This document shows, piece after piece, positions 9,485 through 19,007 of a stretch of DNA of 36,538 bases (the stretch's first letter is position 1; every line of letters begins with the position of its first letter). Made by a program: the position numbers and the translations under genes. The notes under the pieces were generated by a model, which ran no database searches, had not been told where the DNA came from, and saw nothing but the letters and a program-made list of their open reading frames with translations. Source of the DNA: Trichomonas gallinae (Eukaryota); contig MRSU01007313.1 in the NCBI GenBank assembly GCA_008369845.1, positions 1 through 36,538 on the forward strand, read 5' to 3'.

Positions 9485-10009
9485 CTAAAACAAAGGAATT
9501 CCTTCTGGAATCTTCGGAATACATGATGGACCATTGAAATAATGAAGTAAAGCATCAAACTTAAATATTCTCTTGATTTCACTGGAAACAAAGTTGACTG
9601 AATCTTGAGATTGATGATTTTTGTATATTTGGATAATTAATTGTAAAAATGTTTTATTTTCATCGAATAGTGCTCCATCAGCAATACTTGATAAAACCTC
9701 TAAGTAGTTTTCATTTGAAAAATACTGTGCAAAGTGAATTGGAACAATTCCATTTTGATCTTTGCAGTTATTAGGGAACATTTCGTCTAAATTGCCAAGT
9801 TTCTTGATGTACTTCTGTAAATCGCATCTTATGTTCATTTTTGCGATTTCCTGAAAAGATTTTAATATTTCTAATTGCAATTTAAAGACAGAATTCGTAA
9901 TATTGTCTTTATATCTGTCTCCTGTTAAATCTCTGATGACTTTTTCGTTGATATTTGAAGCTGTTTCGAGTGTTTTCAAAAACTCTTCGAATCCTTTTCC
10001 TTCAATCAT
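9485..10009 (-). CDS. Hypothetical protein
   Basis: 174-aa ATG-started ORF with a TCATT initiator (+ strand AATGA, 10018-10022) 8 nt upstream. Confidence 0.7.
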   Translation of the reverse strand: MIEGKGFEEFLKTLETASNINEKVIRDLTGDRYKDNITNSVFKLQLEILKSFQEIAKMNIRCDLQKYIKKLGNLDEMFPNNCKDQNGIVPIHFAQYFSNENYLEVLSSIADGALFDENKTFLQLIIQIYKNHQSQDSVNFVSSEIKRIFKFDALLHYFNGPSCIPKIPEGIPLF

Positions 10010-10295
10010 TAAAGAAAAATGAATTTTTACTATACATATACCATTAAATCAACTTATTATTCTGAAATCCAGTTCAAAAACTGTATTATATCGCTTAAAA
10101 TTAAATATTTGATATAGAAATAATCAAAAATGATTCTTTTATCAACATTTTTATTCATGTAATCAACAATTTGTAAGTATTTTTATCATTTAAATCTTCT
10201 AAATTTGATAATTTTAAAATTCGATACAATATTGGGAAATTGGTAAGAAATTGGTTTAAAAATTGGTTTATTTGACAAATATAAATATCAATTTT

Positions 10296-11444
10296 TTATT
10301 CTTCGCCGTAGTCGCCGTTGACTTCATCGCTCTCACTTCTTGCGAGGCGGAGGAAAGCATGGTACATGACACCAAGAGCGGAGATGTTCTTGTCAGATGT
10401 CTGTACGAATACAGAAACTGAACTAACCCACTCACTCTTTGTGAAGTGCATGAATTCATCTCTGCATAATGGAATGTGCTTCTGAAGGGCCTTAACGCCA
10501 CCTGGGAAGACGCTGTATGTGATGAAGAGAGACTTGCATGTGAATGAAATAGCGCACATCCTTGCAAATCTCATCAAGAAGCGGAAATGAATGGAAAGAG
10601 CCTTCTGAGCGATCGGCTCGTTTGGATCCTTCTCGACAATGGCGAGAACATCTTGTCCGTCGGAAACTCCGTGTTGCGCAAACTCGTAGCAGTTAATAAG
10701 GCCGCGCGATGAAACAATATCTTCCCATTCAACGGCATGGCCGTTCTTTGCACCGATAAACTTGATCAACTCAAGCTCCTCGTCGTAGTTTGGCTCGTCT
10801 GGGCCGCATAACTGCACTAATGAATGTCCCCATTCGGAAGCTATTACGCGATATGAGTCAGAAGAGTCAATCGGAACAATGAATGCGGCACCAAGGCCAT
10901 AAGCAACCTGAAGAACGGCCGCTGCATCGCTGCTGAAATATAATGGATATAATGTCGGCATTGTTTCGAGAGCCGGTGGTTTCCAAAGCGGGACAAAGTC
11001 ATCTTCTAAGCCAAAGAATTCATCTGTTGATATCAATCCGTGACCGAGGGCCTGAATTTCATTAATGAATTCAAATTGGCATTTAGAGAAGGAAAACTCA
11101 GAGAATTCTGCCTTGCAAAACTTATTGTCTCCTGTAGACCACCAGTTTGGTATTTCAACGGAATCTCCTTCGATTGGTCCTGGGAAAGAAATTGTTGTCG
11201 CGAGGATATTGATATGCGGAAGGTATGTTTTTAGCGTAAGATTCCAGTCATCCATTTCACGTAAGATTTGTTGCTTTGTGAATTTTCCGTGTTTCGAGTC
11301 GAAATAAACATATGATACATCTTGATGCGCAGGATGCAAGCAGAAAGTTATACCATTCTTCGATATATGTATACCGAGTGTCGACTGCTTGAACTCCGCC
11401 CTGTGAAGAATATTCTGTGATGGAGAAACAAGATCGTTCGACAT
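10296..11444 (-). CDS. Bacterial-type (Glk family) glucokinase homolog, probably catalytically inactive
   Basis: Glk motifs in the expected order: ISFPGPI, PNW, FINEIQALGHGL (IND.A), AYGLGAAF (GTGLG), SEWGH (EGGH), WEDIVSSRGLINCY (E.vlSG.GL..iY). The ATP loop DxGGT is replaced by HISKN. Confidence 0.85.
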   Translation of the reverse strand: MSNDLVSPSQNILHRAEFKQSTLGIHISKNGITFCLHPAHQDVSYVYFDSKHGKFTKQQILREMDDWNLTLKTYLPHINILATTISFPGPIEGDSVEIPNWWSTGDNKFCKAEFSEFSFSKCQFEFINEIQALGHGLISTDEFFGLEDDFVPLWKPPALETMPTLYPLYFSSDAAAVLQVAYGLGAAFIVPIDSSDSYRVIASEWGHSLVQLCGPDEPNYDEELELIKFIGAKNGHAVEWEDIVSSRGLINCYEFAQHGVSDGQDVLAIVEKDPNEPIAQKALSIHFRFLMRFARMCAISFTCKSLFITYSVFPGGVKALQKHIPLCRDEFMHFTKSEWVSSVSVFVQTSDKNISALGVMYHAFLRLARSESDEVNGDYGEE

Positions 11445-12166
11445 TTATTTTTATTATAAATCACAGGTTTCTCAATTTTCGTGAAAAAAAATGTTCGGAT
11501 GCCTTTTTCTCCTTCTGCACATGAAAATCATGTTTTTTCCTTAAAATTTTGTTGTAAATAAAAAGATTTTGGGGGCTGCATCGAACTTTTAAATTCCTTA
11601 TAACTCACCAACTTTCAATATCTATCTAATTTAACTATAATCAGAAACATAGCTTGTCGATAAACTATTAAAATATACATATATGAATTACATACTATAG
11701 AAATTGGCTTGGGTATTAAAATATAAATTCTTTATTTTTTATAAAAAGCTTGTATATCATAACGTGTTGAGTTCTTCCTGTGATAAAAAGTGTCTCAGAT
11801 TACAAGTATTCAATTAAAAAAAGGATTTATAAAATTAATCTGATTTTGGCGTATTTCTTGACTTTTTTGGATTAACATTCTTCATATTTTTAGTCAGTCT
11901 TTACAACTGTGCGAAACTTCATTGTAAAAGCAATCGTAATTTTTGATGCTATTATTGAAAATTTTCATTCCAATTTAAGCAGTAAAATTGAATTTTCTCG
12001 TCAGATTAGACATGTTTCCGTTATCTTTTTAGTCGCAAATGCTTTGATGATAATTTAATCAATTATATTTTTTGCCCCTATGGAAATAGAATCTTCGATC
12101 AATGGCTATGAGACAATTAAGGAGGAATAACCTCAAATATAGTGACTGATTTTGTTCATGGATATA

Positions 12167-12379
12167 TTACTTTATATTTGTAGGACTAGCACGTTTCTGC
12201 ATTGTTGTTTGTTTCTGGGTAGTAGGTTTCAGCTGGGCTTTAGTTTCTGCAGGTTTTGATTTTTCTTGTAGGGAATTAATGCGTGTTTTAATAGTTTGCG
12301 TTTGTTTTTGGTAGTGCTGGTCCATTTGCAGGAGCAAATCTCTCTGCTGCGTTAATAATTCATCAACGGATCCATCCAT
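12167..12379 (-). CDS. Small Gln/Lys-rich coiled-coil protein
   Basis: 70 aa with a heptad-like N-terminal half. TCACT initiator (+ strand AGTGA, 12392-12396) about 12 nt upstream of the ATG. Confidence 0.6.
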   Translation of the reverse strand: MDGSVDELLTQQRDLLLQMDQHYQKQTQTIKTRINSLQEKSKPAETKAQLKPTTQKQTTMQKRASPTNIK

Positions 12380-12599
12380 GAGTATTGTAAAAGTGACTTA
12401 CAACAATAATAAAAAGGGGCTGAATCCATTTTTCAAGTTTGAAGACTGGTTTCTTGGATTTTCCATAATAGAATGGCTTCTTTCGCCTCCAAGAATCTAC
12501 TGATAATACGTTGTGTTCGACGAATTCTTCCAAACAACAATCTGGAACAAACCAGTTATCATGAGATGTATGGCCAAATTCTTCGATATTGCATCTCAT
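12363..12599 (-). CDS. Possible small protein or gene remnant
   Basis: 78-aa ATG-started ORF with coding-like composition. Its 3' end overlaps the initiator and start of the 70-aa ORF. Confidence 0.35.
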   Translation of the reverse strand: MRCNIEEFGHTSHDNWFVPDCCLEEFVEHNVLSVDSWRRKKPFYYGKSKKPVFKLEKWIQPLFIIVVSHFYNTHGWIR

Positions 12600-13013
12600 A
12601 ACATCGTTTTCATCTATTTAACTCGAATATATTAAATTTTAATATCGATTGAAAAGAGTTAGTGTGTTTTAGATTGATATTACATAAGCAATAGAATAAT
12701 ATAATATATTCCCATTATATCAAAAGTCACAAATCTGTTTCATTGTTCGGAATTTTGAGATTCTTGATAAAAAATCAATATTTTAAAAATTACATAACGA
12801 AAAATGCAATGATTTGTATGAACATTTTACCATCAGCAAACTTCTGAGAAATCGACATGAGTGTCTATATGGCCTGAAACTCGAAAATTCGAAGGATGGA
12901 GAGGAAGTTCAAGCATTTTATAGAAAAAAAATAGGAGTTATATGGAAATACGAGATCATTTTTAATCAAACATCAATAAAATTTACTAAACAAAAGAAAA
13001 ACAGCGATAGTAA

Positions 13014-13274
13014 TTACATAGACAACAAAAATATTGGCTGGCTTCGAGAAATAAGAGCTTTCCTTGCTAAATTGGCAGAGGGCTTAATCTGTATATTAAT
13101 AGATTTTTTAGGTAAGCAAAACTCCTGCCTGACAACCTTAGGTGCGGCTGGTCGCTTGATCATTTTCGCGATATCAGAAGGTTTTCTGTTAAATACTCCG
13201 TAGTATGTTTCACGTCCGCATTCATCAATGGAACAACTATTTTCTTCTTCGACAACTAGCCATGGATTTTCCAT
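13014..13274 (-). CDS. Small basic hypothetical protein
   Basis: 86-aa ATG-started ORF, more GC-rich than its flanks. Preferred over the overlapping TTG-started + strand ORF. Confidence 0.55.
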   Translation of the reverse strand: MENPWLVVEEENSCSIDECGRETYYGVFNRKPSDIAKMIKRPAAPKVVRQEFCLPKKSINIQIKPSANLARKALISRSQPIFLLSM

Positions 13275-14267
13275 AATAATGTTTTTTCCCCCTTTCTAAA
13301 AAAATACAAAAAAATTGAAAGAAACCAAAATCAAATAAATCGCCGCTCAACTTTTGACAGAAGTTTGCGGTTTGTTTGTTTAAACATTGATCTACTACTA
13401 TAACAATATATATCTATGTTAAAATAAATTTTTTTCAAACCGCAAATTTCTGAAATTTACGAAGAAAACCACTTTATTCCCACAAATTATTTTTACCAGA
13501 TATAATTTACAAAACATAAAATATAAAATTCACTCATTTTAGGAAATTGAAGTAACAATTCAATTTTTAAGAATTATGGGCTTATTTGCGATCAAAATTC
13601 TTTAATACTAGGAATAATTGTAAAATATTTGACTTCCAAACCTATTTTATTTGAGTGGAAAATAATCGTTATAAAAATTTTGATTTAATTTTCACTCATT
13701 CAATTGAATTCAAGCAAAAATTTTAGAATCCAAATATCTTCGCGAATCTGAATTACTCACTCCAAGATCTATTTAGATATCCTTGTTTCGCTCCAAAATA
13801 TCACTAATTGATTAGAACTCATTGTTTTTTTGCACATGTGCATCTTTTAATGAGATAATAGTTAATTAGTCGCTAATTCGAACCGAATTCGCGTGCAATC
13901 AGTTAGTTATGTTAACAATATTTTTTTAAAAAATTTTTGATTTGGTATTATGACCTCTTTTTAGAGATACTAATAGACTTATGCCGATATTGCTTCTATT
14001 GCTTGAATGTAAAATCATTTTGATTCTTATCAAGTTATTGAAAAGGAATGCAATCTGTCTTCGTGATAAAATCAAAAAGCATAGATACATCATCTCTTCT
14101 GAGTACAAGATGCTCACTAAAACATGTAATTTTTTCAAAATTTATTGAATATGTCAAATGTTAATAGAAACACGTTGGTATAGCATATATTTAGCATAAA
14201 TAAACATACAAACACTAGTTTATAAAATAACAAAATATATTAAAAATATCTATGAATGAGTAAATCA

Positions 14268-15428
14268 TTACTTCATTAAATCGATAGTTGCAATACGGAA
14301 TGACTGGCAAGAGTATTGGAAGTGATAAGGATAATCAGGATGAGTGCAAAATGTTTCGATAACTTTCATAATGTTGACGACGTATGTAAAACTGTTCATG
14401 TAAATGATTGATTGCAGTAATTCGATAATTTCATCAGCAGAAATAAAAGCCGAAAAAGATTGACCTTGCTCAGCTCTTATCAAATTTGCAATAATTGCAA
14501 CTAACGTTAACACTTTGCTCATATGGAATCCAATATCAATTGGATTCGTTTCGAACAAAATGTATAATAATATTTCTTGAATTTGATTAAGTTGTTCTTG
14601 AGTTCGTGCTGGGAATTCTCTGGATCTATCGTGAATAAATATATTTGTATTATCGCATTCTGAATAAATAAATTGCGGATATGATAAATCGAAAGCTGTA
14701 CGATAAACAGAGAAATAGACAGTTGGGAAGAAGTCTTCTGGTAGTTCTGACATCGCAAGAATTTCATTTGTTGTCTTTGTTATACTACTTAAAATTGATT
14801 GATTGTCGGTAAAATCAAATGTATAATATTTTGAAATAAAAGCACAAAATCTCTCAGATGCATCACATCTTGGATACCATAATGTCTCATTATCACTTAT
14901 TTGTTGCAAAAATTTTATCAATTTAGAAATTTCATCTGAATTTGAACGAGGAACTACGAATATATGTGTTGAAAGCAATAGTGTTTTGAGAGAACGTATC
15001 TTATTACGTGTTCTCGCCGTTGCATCAGCAAGAATTGTTTCAATTGGAACGTTCAGAAAATCTTTGCAAGGGATAACTTTAAGTTCACTGTTGCAATTCA
15101 AATATGTTGAGCATATCGCTATCAAATCTGTGAGTATTTCAATTCTTCGTTCTAAAGCATCAGTAGTTTCTTGTATAAAATTCTTCTGCAGTCTGCGTAT
15201 TTCCTGTAACATGAACAATCTTGCCGGTGCTAGCTTGATGTCAACCTTTTCTGGCTCTTTCACCTTCTGTCCTAATAATTTATTACATGGAACTAATAAT
15301 TCTTTGCAATAATCAATCATTTCAACGAACAATTTACGTATTGTTGACTGGTTGACCCTGAATACGTTATGCGTGAAATAGTTTCGCATCTCAGGAGTGA
15401 ATGTTTCAACAGATGGAACAGGAAACAT
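14268..15428 (-). CDS. Divergent VPS9-domain-like protein (Rab5-family GEF fold)
   Basis: The C-terminal ~100 aa follow the VPS9 pattern: FETNPIDI...ISADEIIELL...VIETF...FQYSCQSFRIA (compare P.dK...sADDllP...yI..F...gY.lT.l..A). Confidence 0.65.
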   Translation of the reverse strand: MFPVPSVETFTPEMRNYFTHNVFRVNQSTIRKLFVEMIDYCKELLVPCNKLLGQKVKEPEKVDIKLAPARLFMLQEIRRLQKNFIQETTDALERRIEILTDLIAICSTYLNCNSELKVIPCKDFLNVPIETILADATARTRNKIRSLKTLLLSTHIFVVPRSNSDEISKLIKFLQQISDNETLWYPRCDASERFCAFISKYYTFDFTDNQSILSSITKTTNEILAMSELPEDFFPTVYFSVYRTAFDLSYPQFIYSECDNTNIFIHDRSREFPARTQEQLNQIQEILLYILFETNPIDIGFHMSKVLTLVAIIANLIRAEQGQSFSAFISADEIIELLQSIIYMNSFTYVVNIMKVIETFCTHPDYPYHFQYSCQSFRIATIDLMK

Positions 15429-15918
15429 TATCTATCGATTTTTCTATTGTAACAAAAATAAGGTTAAAAACTGTCATAAGATTTTTTTATTTTCAATAAC
15501 CAAAGATTTTATTATTTTTTTATTTTATTTTTGGCTTCTTTATCTTGTTTTACAATCATATTTCAAATAAAAATTTCAAACAGGACAATTGGATTGTTTT
15601 ATCATCGAATTCATCGTTTTTGCTTTTACCATTTATCTATGAATCACTCATGTTATTCATATTTTAAGTTATAGGGGTTGAAAATGTAGAATTAAACGAA
15701 AATAATAAAATTGCCATAATTTAACTTCATCTTTTTAAATTAGCATTGATTTCAGTATTAAATGAATAATATGCTTTTGATTTCTTTTTTGTTTCTGTTT
15801 TTGTCGAAAATTAATTATTATGACAGGCCATTTTGTCAACGTTTCGTTATATTGAAGCGAATATAATATATGTGAATGTATGAGGCGTCGAACTCCAAAA
15901 GAAAACAGATGTTTAAAA

Positions 15919-15923
15919 TCATT
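15919..15923 (+). promoter_or_regulatory. Trichomonad initiator (Inr) TCATT
   Basis: TCATT 16 nt upstream of ATG 15940. Supports this ATG over the one at 15880. Confidence 0.55.
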
Positions 15924-15939
15924 ATTTTTGTTGTTAGTT

Positions 15940-17457
15940 ATGATTAGTTTACTTGTTTCTCTTGCTTTATGCGACAAGTATGAGACTAAAACATACAAGC
16001 AGACTTTAGATCACGACAGTCCATCTGCAACTTTCGACCAGAGATATTATGTAAATACAGATTACGCTCAAAAAGCAGATTCTATTATCTTCTATATCGG
16101 TGGACTGGCTGTCTTAGATGTTTCCGAACTCACTGATAGCCCAGTCAACAAAATCGCCAAAGAAACAAAATCAGTCGTTATTGGCTTAGAGAACAGATAT
16201 TTTGGCAACTCAATTCCAACAGAAGACCTTTCAACAGAAAACTTGAAGTACAACACAGTCGCTCAACATATGGAAGATATCAGAAACTTCATTCGCGATA
16301 TGAAGAAAGAATATTGCAACAATATAGGTAACTGCAGAGTTGCAACAGTTGGAAGAGGATTCGGTGCATCTCTTGCTACATGGATCCACTTGCAGAGAGG
16401 CAATGAACTCAACATTGTCGGAACATGGTCTTCTTCAGCTTTCTTGCTTGCTGATGATGAGTTTTCTGGCTATGACCACCACGAAGCTGTTGTTATCAAC
16501 CAGTGGGGCGACTGCCAATTTACATTCGGCGATGCTTACGGTGCAATCGATGGCATCGCAAGCCGCAGGGATAATTCAACAGTTGCCATGGAAACAAAGC
16601 TCGGTGTTGACGCAAAGTACGGACTTAAGGATCGCCCACTTGATTTCAGCGTCATGTTCTCAGAAACAATCAGCAGAGGTCTTAGATACACACAGCTCAC
16701 TCCTCACATGGAATCCTTATGCAACCTTTTGAACTACGACAATTATTCCACAGATGAACAAATTGTTAATTTATTCGCTGAATACGTTCCAAAGTTCCTT
16801 CCAAATGGCAACATGATTGACCTCTGGCCACATATGGCAAAGGACCCAAATAAATCATCCAAATACGCTCCACAAAGAGCTGAATATTATATCAAGTGCA
16901 ACGAAATGACCTCATTCCCATGCGCAGGCAAGAACCCTGAATACAGAAACTTCTACATCAACCCAGCCTACTGGACAGGCGTCTGCACAGACCTCTTCGG
17001 CATCACAAAGCTTCCAAATCCAGCTGATTTCAACAAGAAGTACGGCGGCAGATTCCCACCAGCCAAGCGCACATTCTTCACACACGGATTCAACGATGCT
17101 TACCTCGAAGCCTCATGCACACTTGAAGATCTCAGCATCGAGAAGCGCTCAGAAAACATCATCGGTGGCGGCTTCTCTGATGATCTTAACCCAGAGTCTC
17201 CATCTGACTCACTAAACATCAAGAGAATCAGGAACTTGGTTGTCAAGACAATGATCGACTGGATCAAGTCCGATGCACCATCCACACCAACACCAGAGCC
17301 ACAGAAAGCAGGACTCACAACAACAGCGAAGATTATTATTGGTTGCTTATCTGGCGCCATTGTCATCGCCGTCATCGTTGCTGTTATCCTCTTCATCAGA
17401 ATCAAGAAGGCTCACCAGCCAACAGGAGTGGAGCAGCCACTTTATTCAGCCCACTAA
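15940..17457 (+). CDS. Peptidase family S28 (clan SC) homolog, type I membrane-anchored, probable non-peptidase
   Basis: Signal MISLLVSLALC. S28 motifs QTLDH, FDQRYYVN, FYIGG, LENRYFGNS, LKYNTVAQ and WSSSA. The nucleophile motif reads GRGFGA (canonical GGSYxG) and the His motif reads GFSDDL (canonical xHCxDL). Pro/Thr stalk, TM IIIGCLSGAIVIAVIVAVILFI, short tail. Confidence 0.9.
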   Translation: MISLLVSLALCDKYETKTYKQTLDHDSPSATFDQRYYVNTDYAQKADSIIFYIGGLAVLDVSELTDSPVNKIAKETKSVVIGLENRYFGNSIPTEDLSTENLKYNTVAQHMEDIRNFIRDMKKEYCNNIGNCRVATVGRGFGASLATWIHLQRGNELNIVGTWSSSAFLLADDEFSGYDHHEAVVINQWGDCQFTFGDAYGAIDGIASRRDNSTVAMETKLGVDAKYGLKDRPLDFSVMFSETISRGLRYTQLTPHMESLCNLLNYDNYSTDEQIVNLFAEYVPKFLPNGNMIDLWPHMAKDPNKSSKYAPQRAEYYIKCNEMTSFPCAGKNPEYRNFYINPAYWTGVCTDLFGITKLPNPADFNKKYGGRFPPAKRTFFTHGFNDAYLEASCTLEDLSIEKRSENIIGGGFSDDLNPESPSDSLNIKRIRNLVVKTMIDWIKSDAPSTPTPEPQKAGLTTTAKIIIGCLSGAIVIAVIVAVILFIRIKKAHQPTGVEQPLYSAH

Positions 17458-17810
17458 ATTGACTTTCATATCAAAATTGTAAACAAATTATATAAAAACC
17501 CAATATTCTGCTCTCAATAGAGACTAGATTCCTAAATATCAAAATTGGTGATTAAAAAATTTTTTGATTTATATTCGATAAAAAGCTGTTTATGACCTTT
17601 TGTATGATAGGGAAGAGTTAAAGATAGAGATTATTAATCCAAAAATATTAGAATCAATTCAGGATTTTGATATTCAAAATTGAATTTGCAAATAAAAAGA
17701 GAATAGATAAGAAATTTAATGTGAAATGATGCTTTTGGATGCTGTATATAGATATATTTATATTATAATTAACCATAAACAAATTAATAAAAAATAAGTT
17801 TTGGGTAGTA

Positions 17811-18224
17811 ATGAATTTTGATTTGATAAAAAGTGACAAAAACGATAGCAAGATTTTCATGAAAAATCACAAAATAAAGGACTGGCCTTCTCCATCACTG
17901 TCTTGGCCAGATGCACCAAATCTGCCTCAGTGGCCGACACCTTCGGAATCTTGGCCTTCCCCTAGATATGTTATTCCTGAATGGCCCACACCAACGGAAG
18001 CATGGCCAGATCCACCTGTTTATCCCCCAAATAATGGATCTGGATTCCCAGTATGGAAGATTGCAGTAATAACAGTTGCAAGTTTAATTTTTATGTCTGC
18101 GGTCATTGTTTTCGTTGTAATAATGTTTAGGAAAATGCCACGCAATAAGAAAACGCATGAATATACCATGACAAATAAGTCAACTGCAACAGACTCATTG
18201 TTGCAAAATGAAAATGAGCTGTGA
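17811..18224 (+). CDS. Small single-pass membrane protein with WP(S/T)P repeats
   Basis: 137 aa (the start could be the second Met). Six WP motifs, TM IAVITVASLIFMSAVIVFVVIMF, basic stop-transfer, tail containing TDSLL. Confidence 0.75.
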   Translation: MNFDLIKSDKNDSKIFMKNHKIKDWPSPSLSWPDAPNLPQWPTPSESWPSPRYVIPEWPTPTEAWPDPPVYPPNNGSGFPVWKIAVITVASLIFMSAVIVFVVIMFRKMPRNKKTHEYTMTNKSTATDSLLQNENEL

Positions 18225-18659
18225 TGGTATTTACCAACTCGCTCATACAAACTTACACAGTTTTCTCATTGAAGGAAACAAATTATTAGTAAATTACAGA
18301 ATTCAAAAAAATATAATTAATTTTATTTGCAAAGTGATTTGGTATCATTCATTGCTTAATCAAATGTTATATATTGCATAGATAATTAGAGTTTATATGG
18401 GTAATCGATAAAATGGTAATTTTAATTAAAGATTTTAATATATTTTTGTATTGAAAATGAGTTAATGCTTATTTCACAATGATAAAGGTATTGTAATAAA
18501 ATTGTAAATGTATATATATGTTGACACATTTTTGTTAACAAAATTGAAAAATATCAAAATTGATGAATAAAAATTTTAAAAGTTAGTTAGCTGACACTTC
18601 ATATATAGCATCAATATATAACAAAAATAAACATCCCAAAAGTTGATTACAAGATGATA

Positions 18660-18880
18660 AAAAATTTATTAATTTTGCAAACAAACGACTATGTTTGCTA
18701 TTCTAATCATTATATATAGACTAAATATATTATAAAAATCAACATCTCAAGAGCTAAAACCAAAAAATAAAATGTTTGTTAATATTGCAAGCATATTTTA
18801 GATATTTGCTAATTGAATCATTATATATAGACTATATACATAGCAAAAATCAACAGATCAAGGCCTAAAACAAAGAAATT
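18660..18880. repeat. Diverged ~111-bp tandem duplication upstream of the HECT gene
   Basis: aatcattatatatagacta occurs at 18705 and 18816. Similarity continues on both sides: aaaaatcaaca..tcaag..ctaaaac downstream; ttaat.ttgcaa and tttgcta upstream. Confidence 0.85.
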
Positions 18881-19007
18881 GAATAATTCCCGATAGAAAA
18901 ACGTGACACCGACGATTAATTTCAGCGTTAATTTGCGAAAAAATCGCACATATTTTAGCAAAAATTGGTAATATTGATTTTCATTCAAATAAAATTTTTC
19001 AAAAAAT

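Noticed and set aside
12814..13203. 129-aa + strand ORF
   Set aside because: TTG start, and it overlaps the more plausible ATG-started 86-aa minus-strand ORF.
13871..13893. GGTTCGAA (B-box/T-loop-like) on the - strand suggesting a tRNA
   Set aside because: No cloverleaf, A-box or acceptor stem could be built around it.
15880..15939. N-terminal extension of the S28 ORF from the ORF track (likewise the non-ATG starts at 665 and 29035)
   Set aside because: Downstream ATGs give family-typical N-termini, and at 15940 and 29008 they have well-placed initiator elements.
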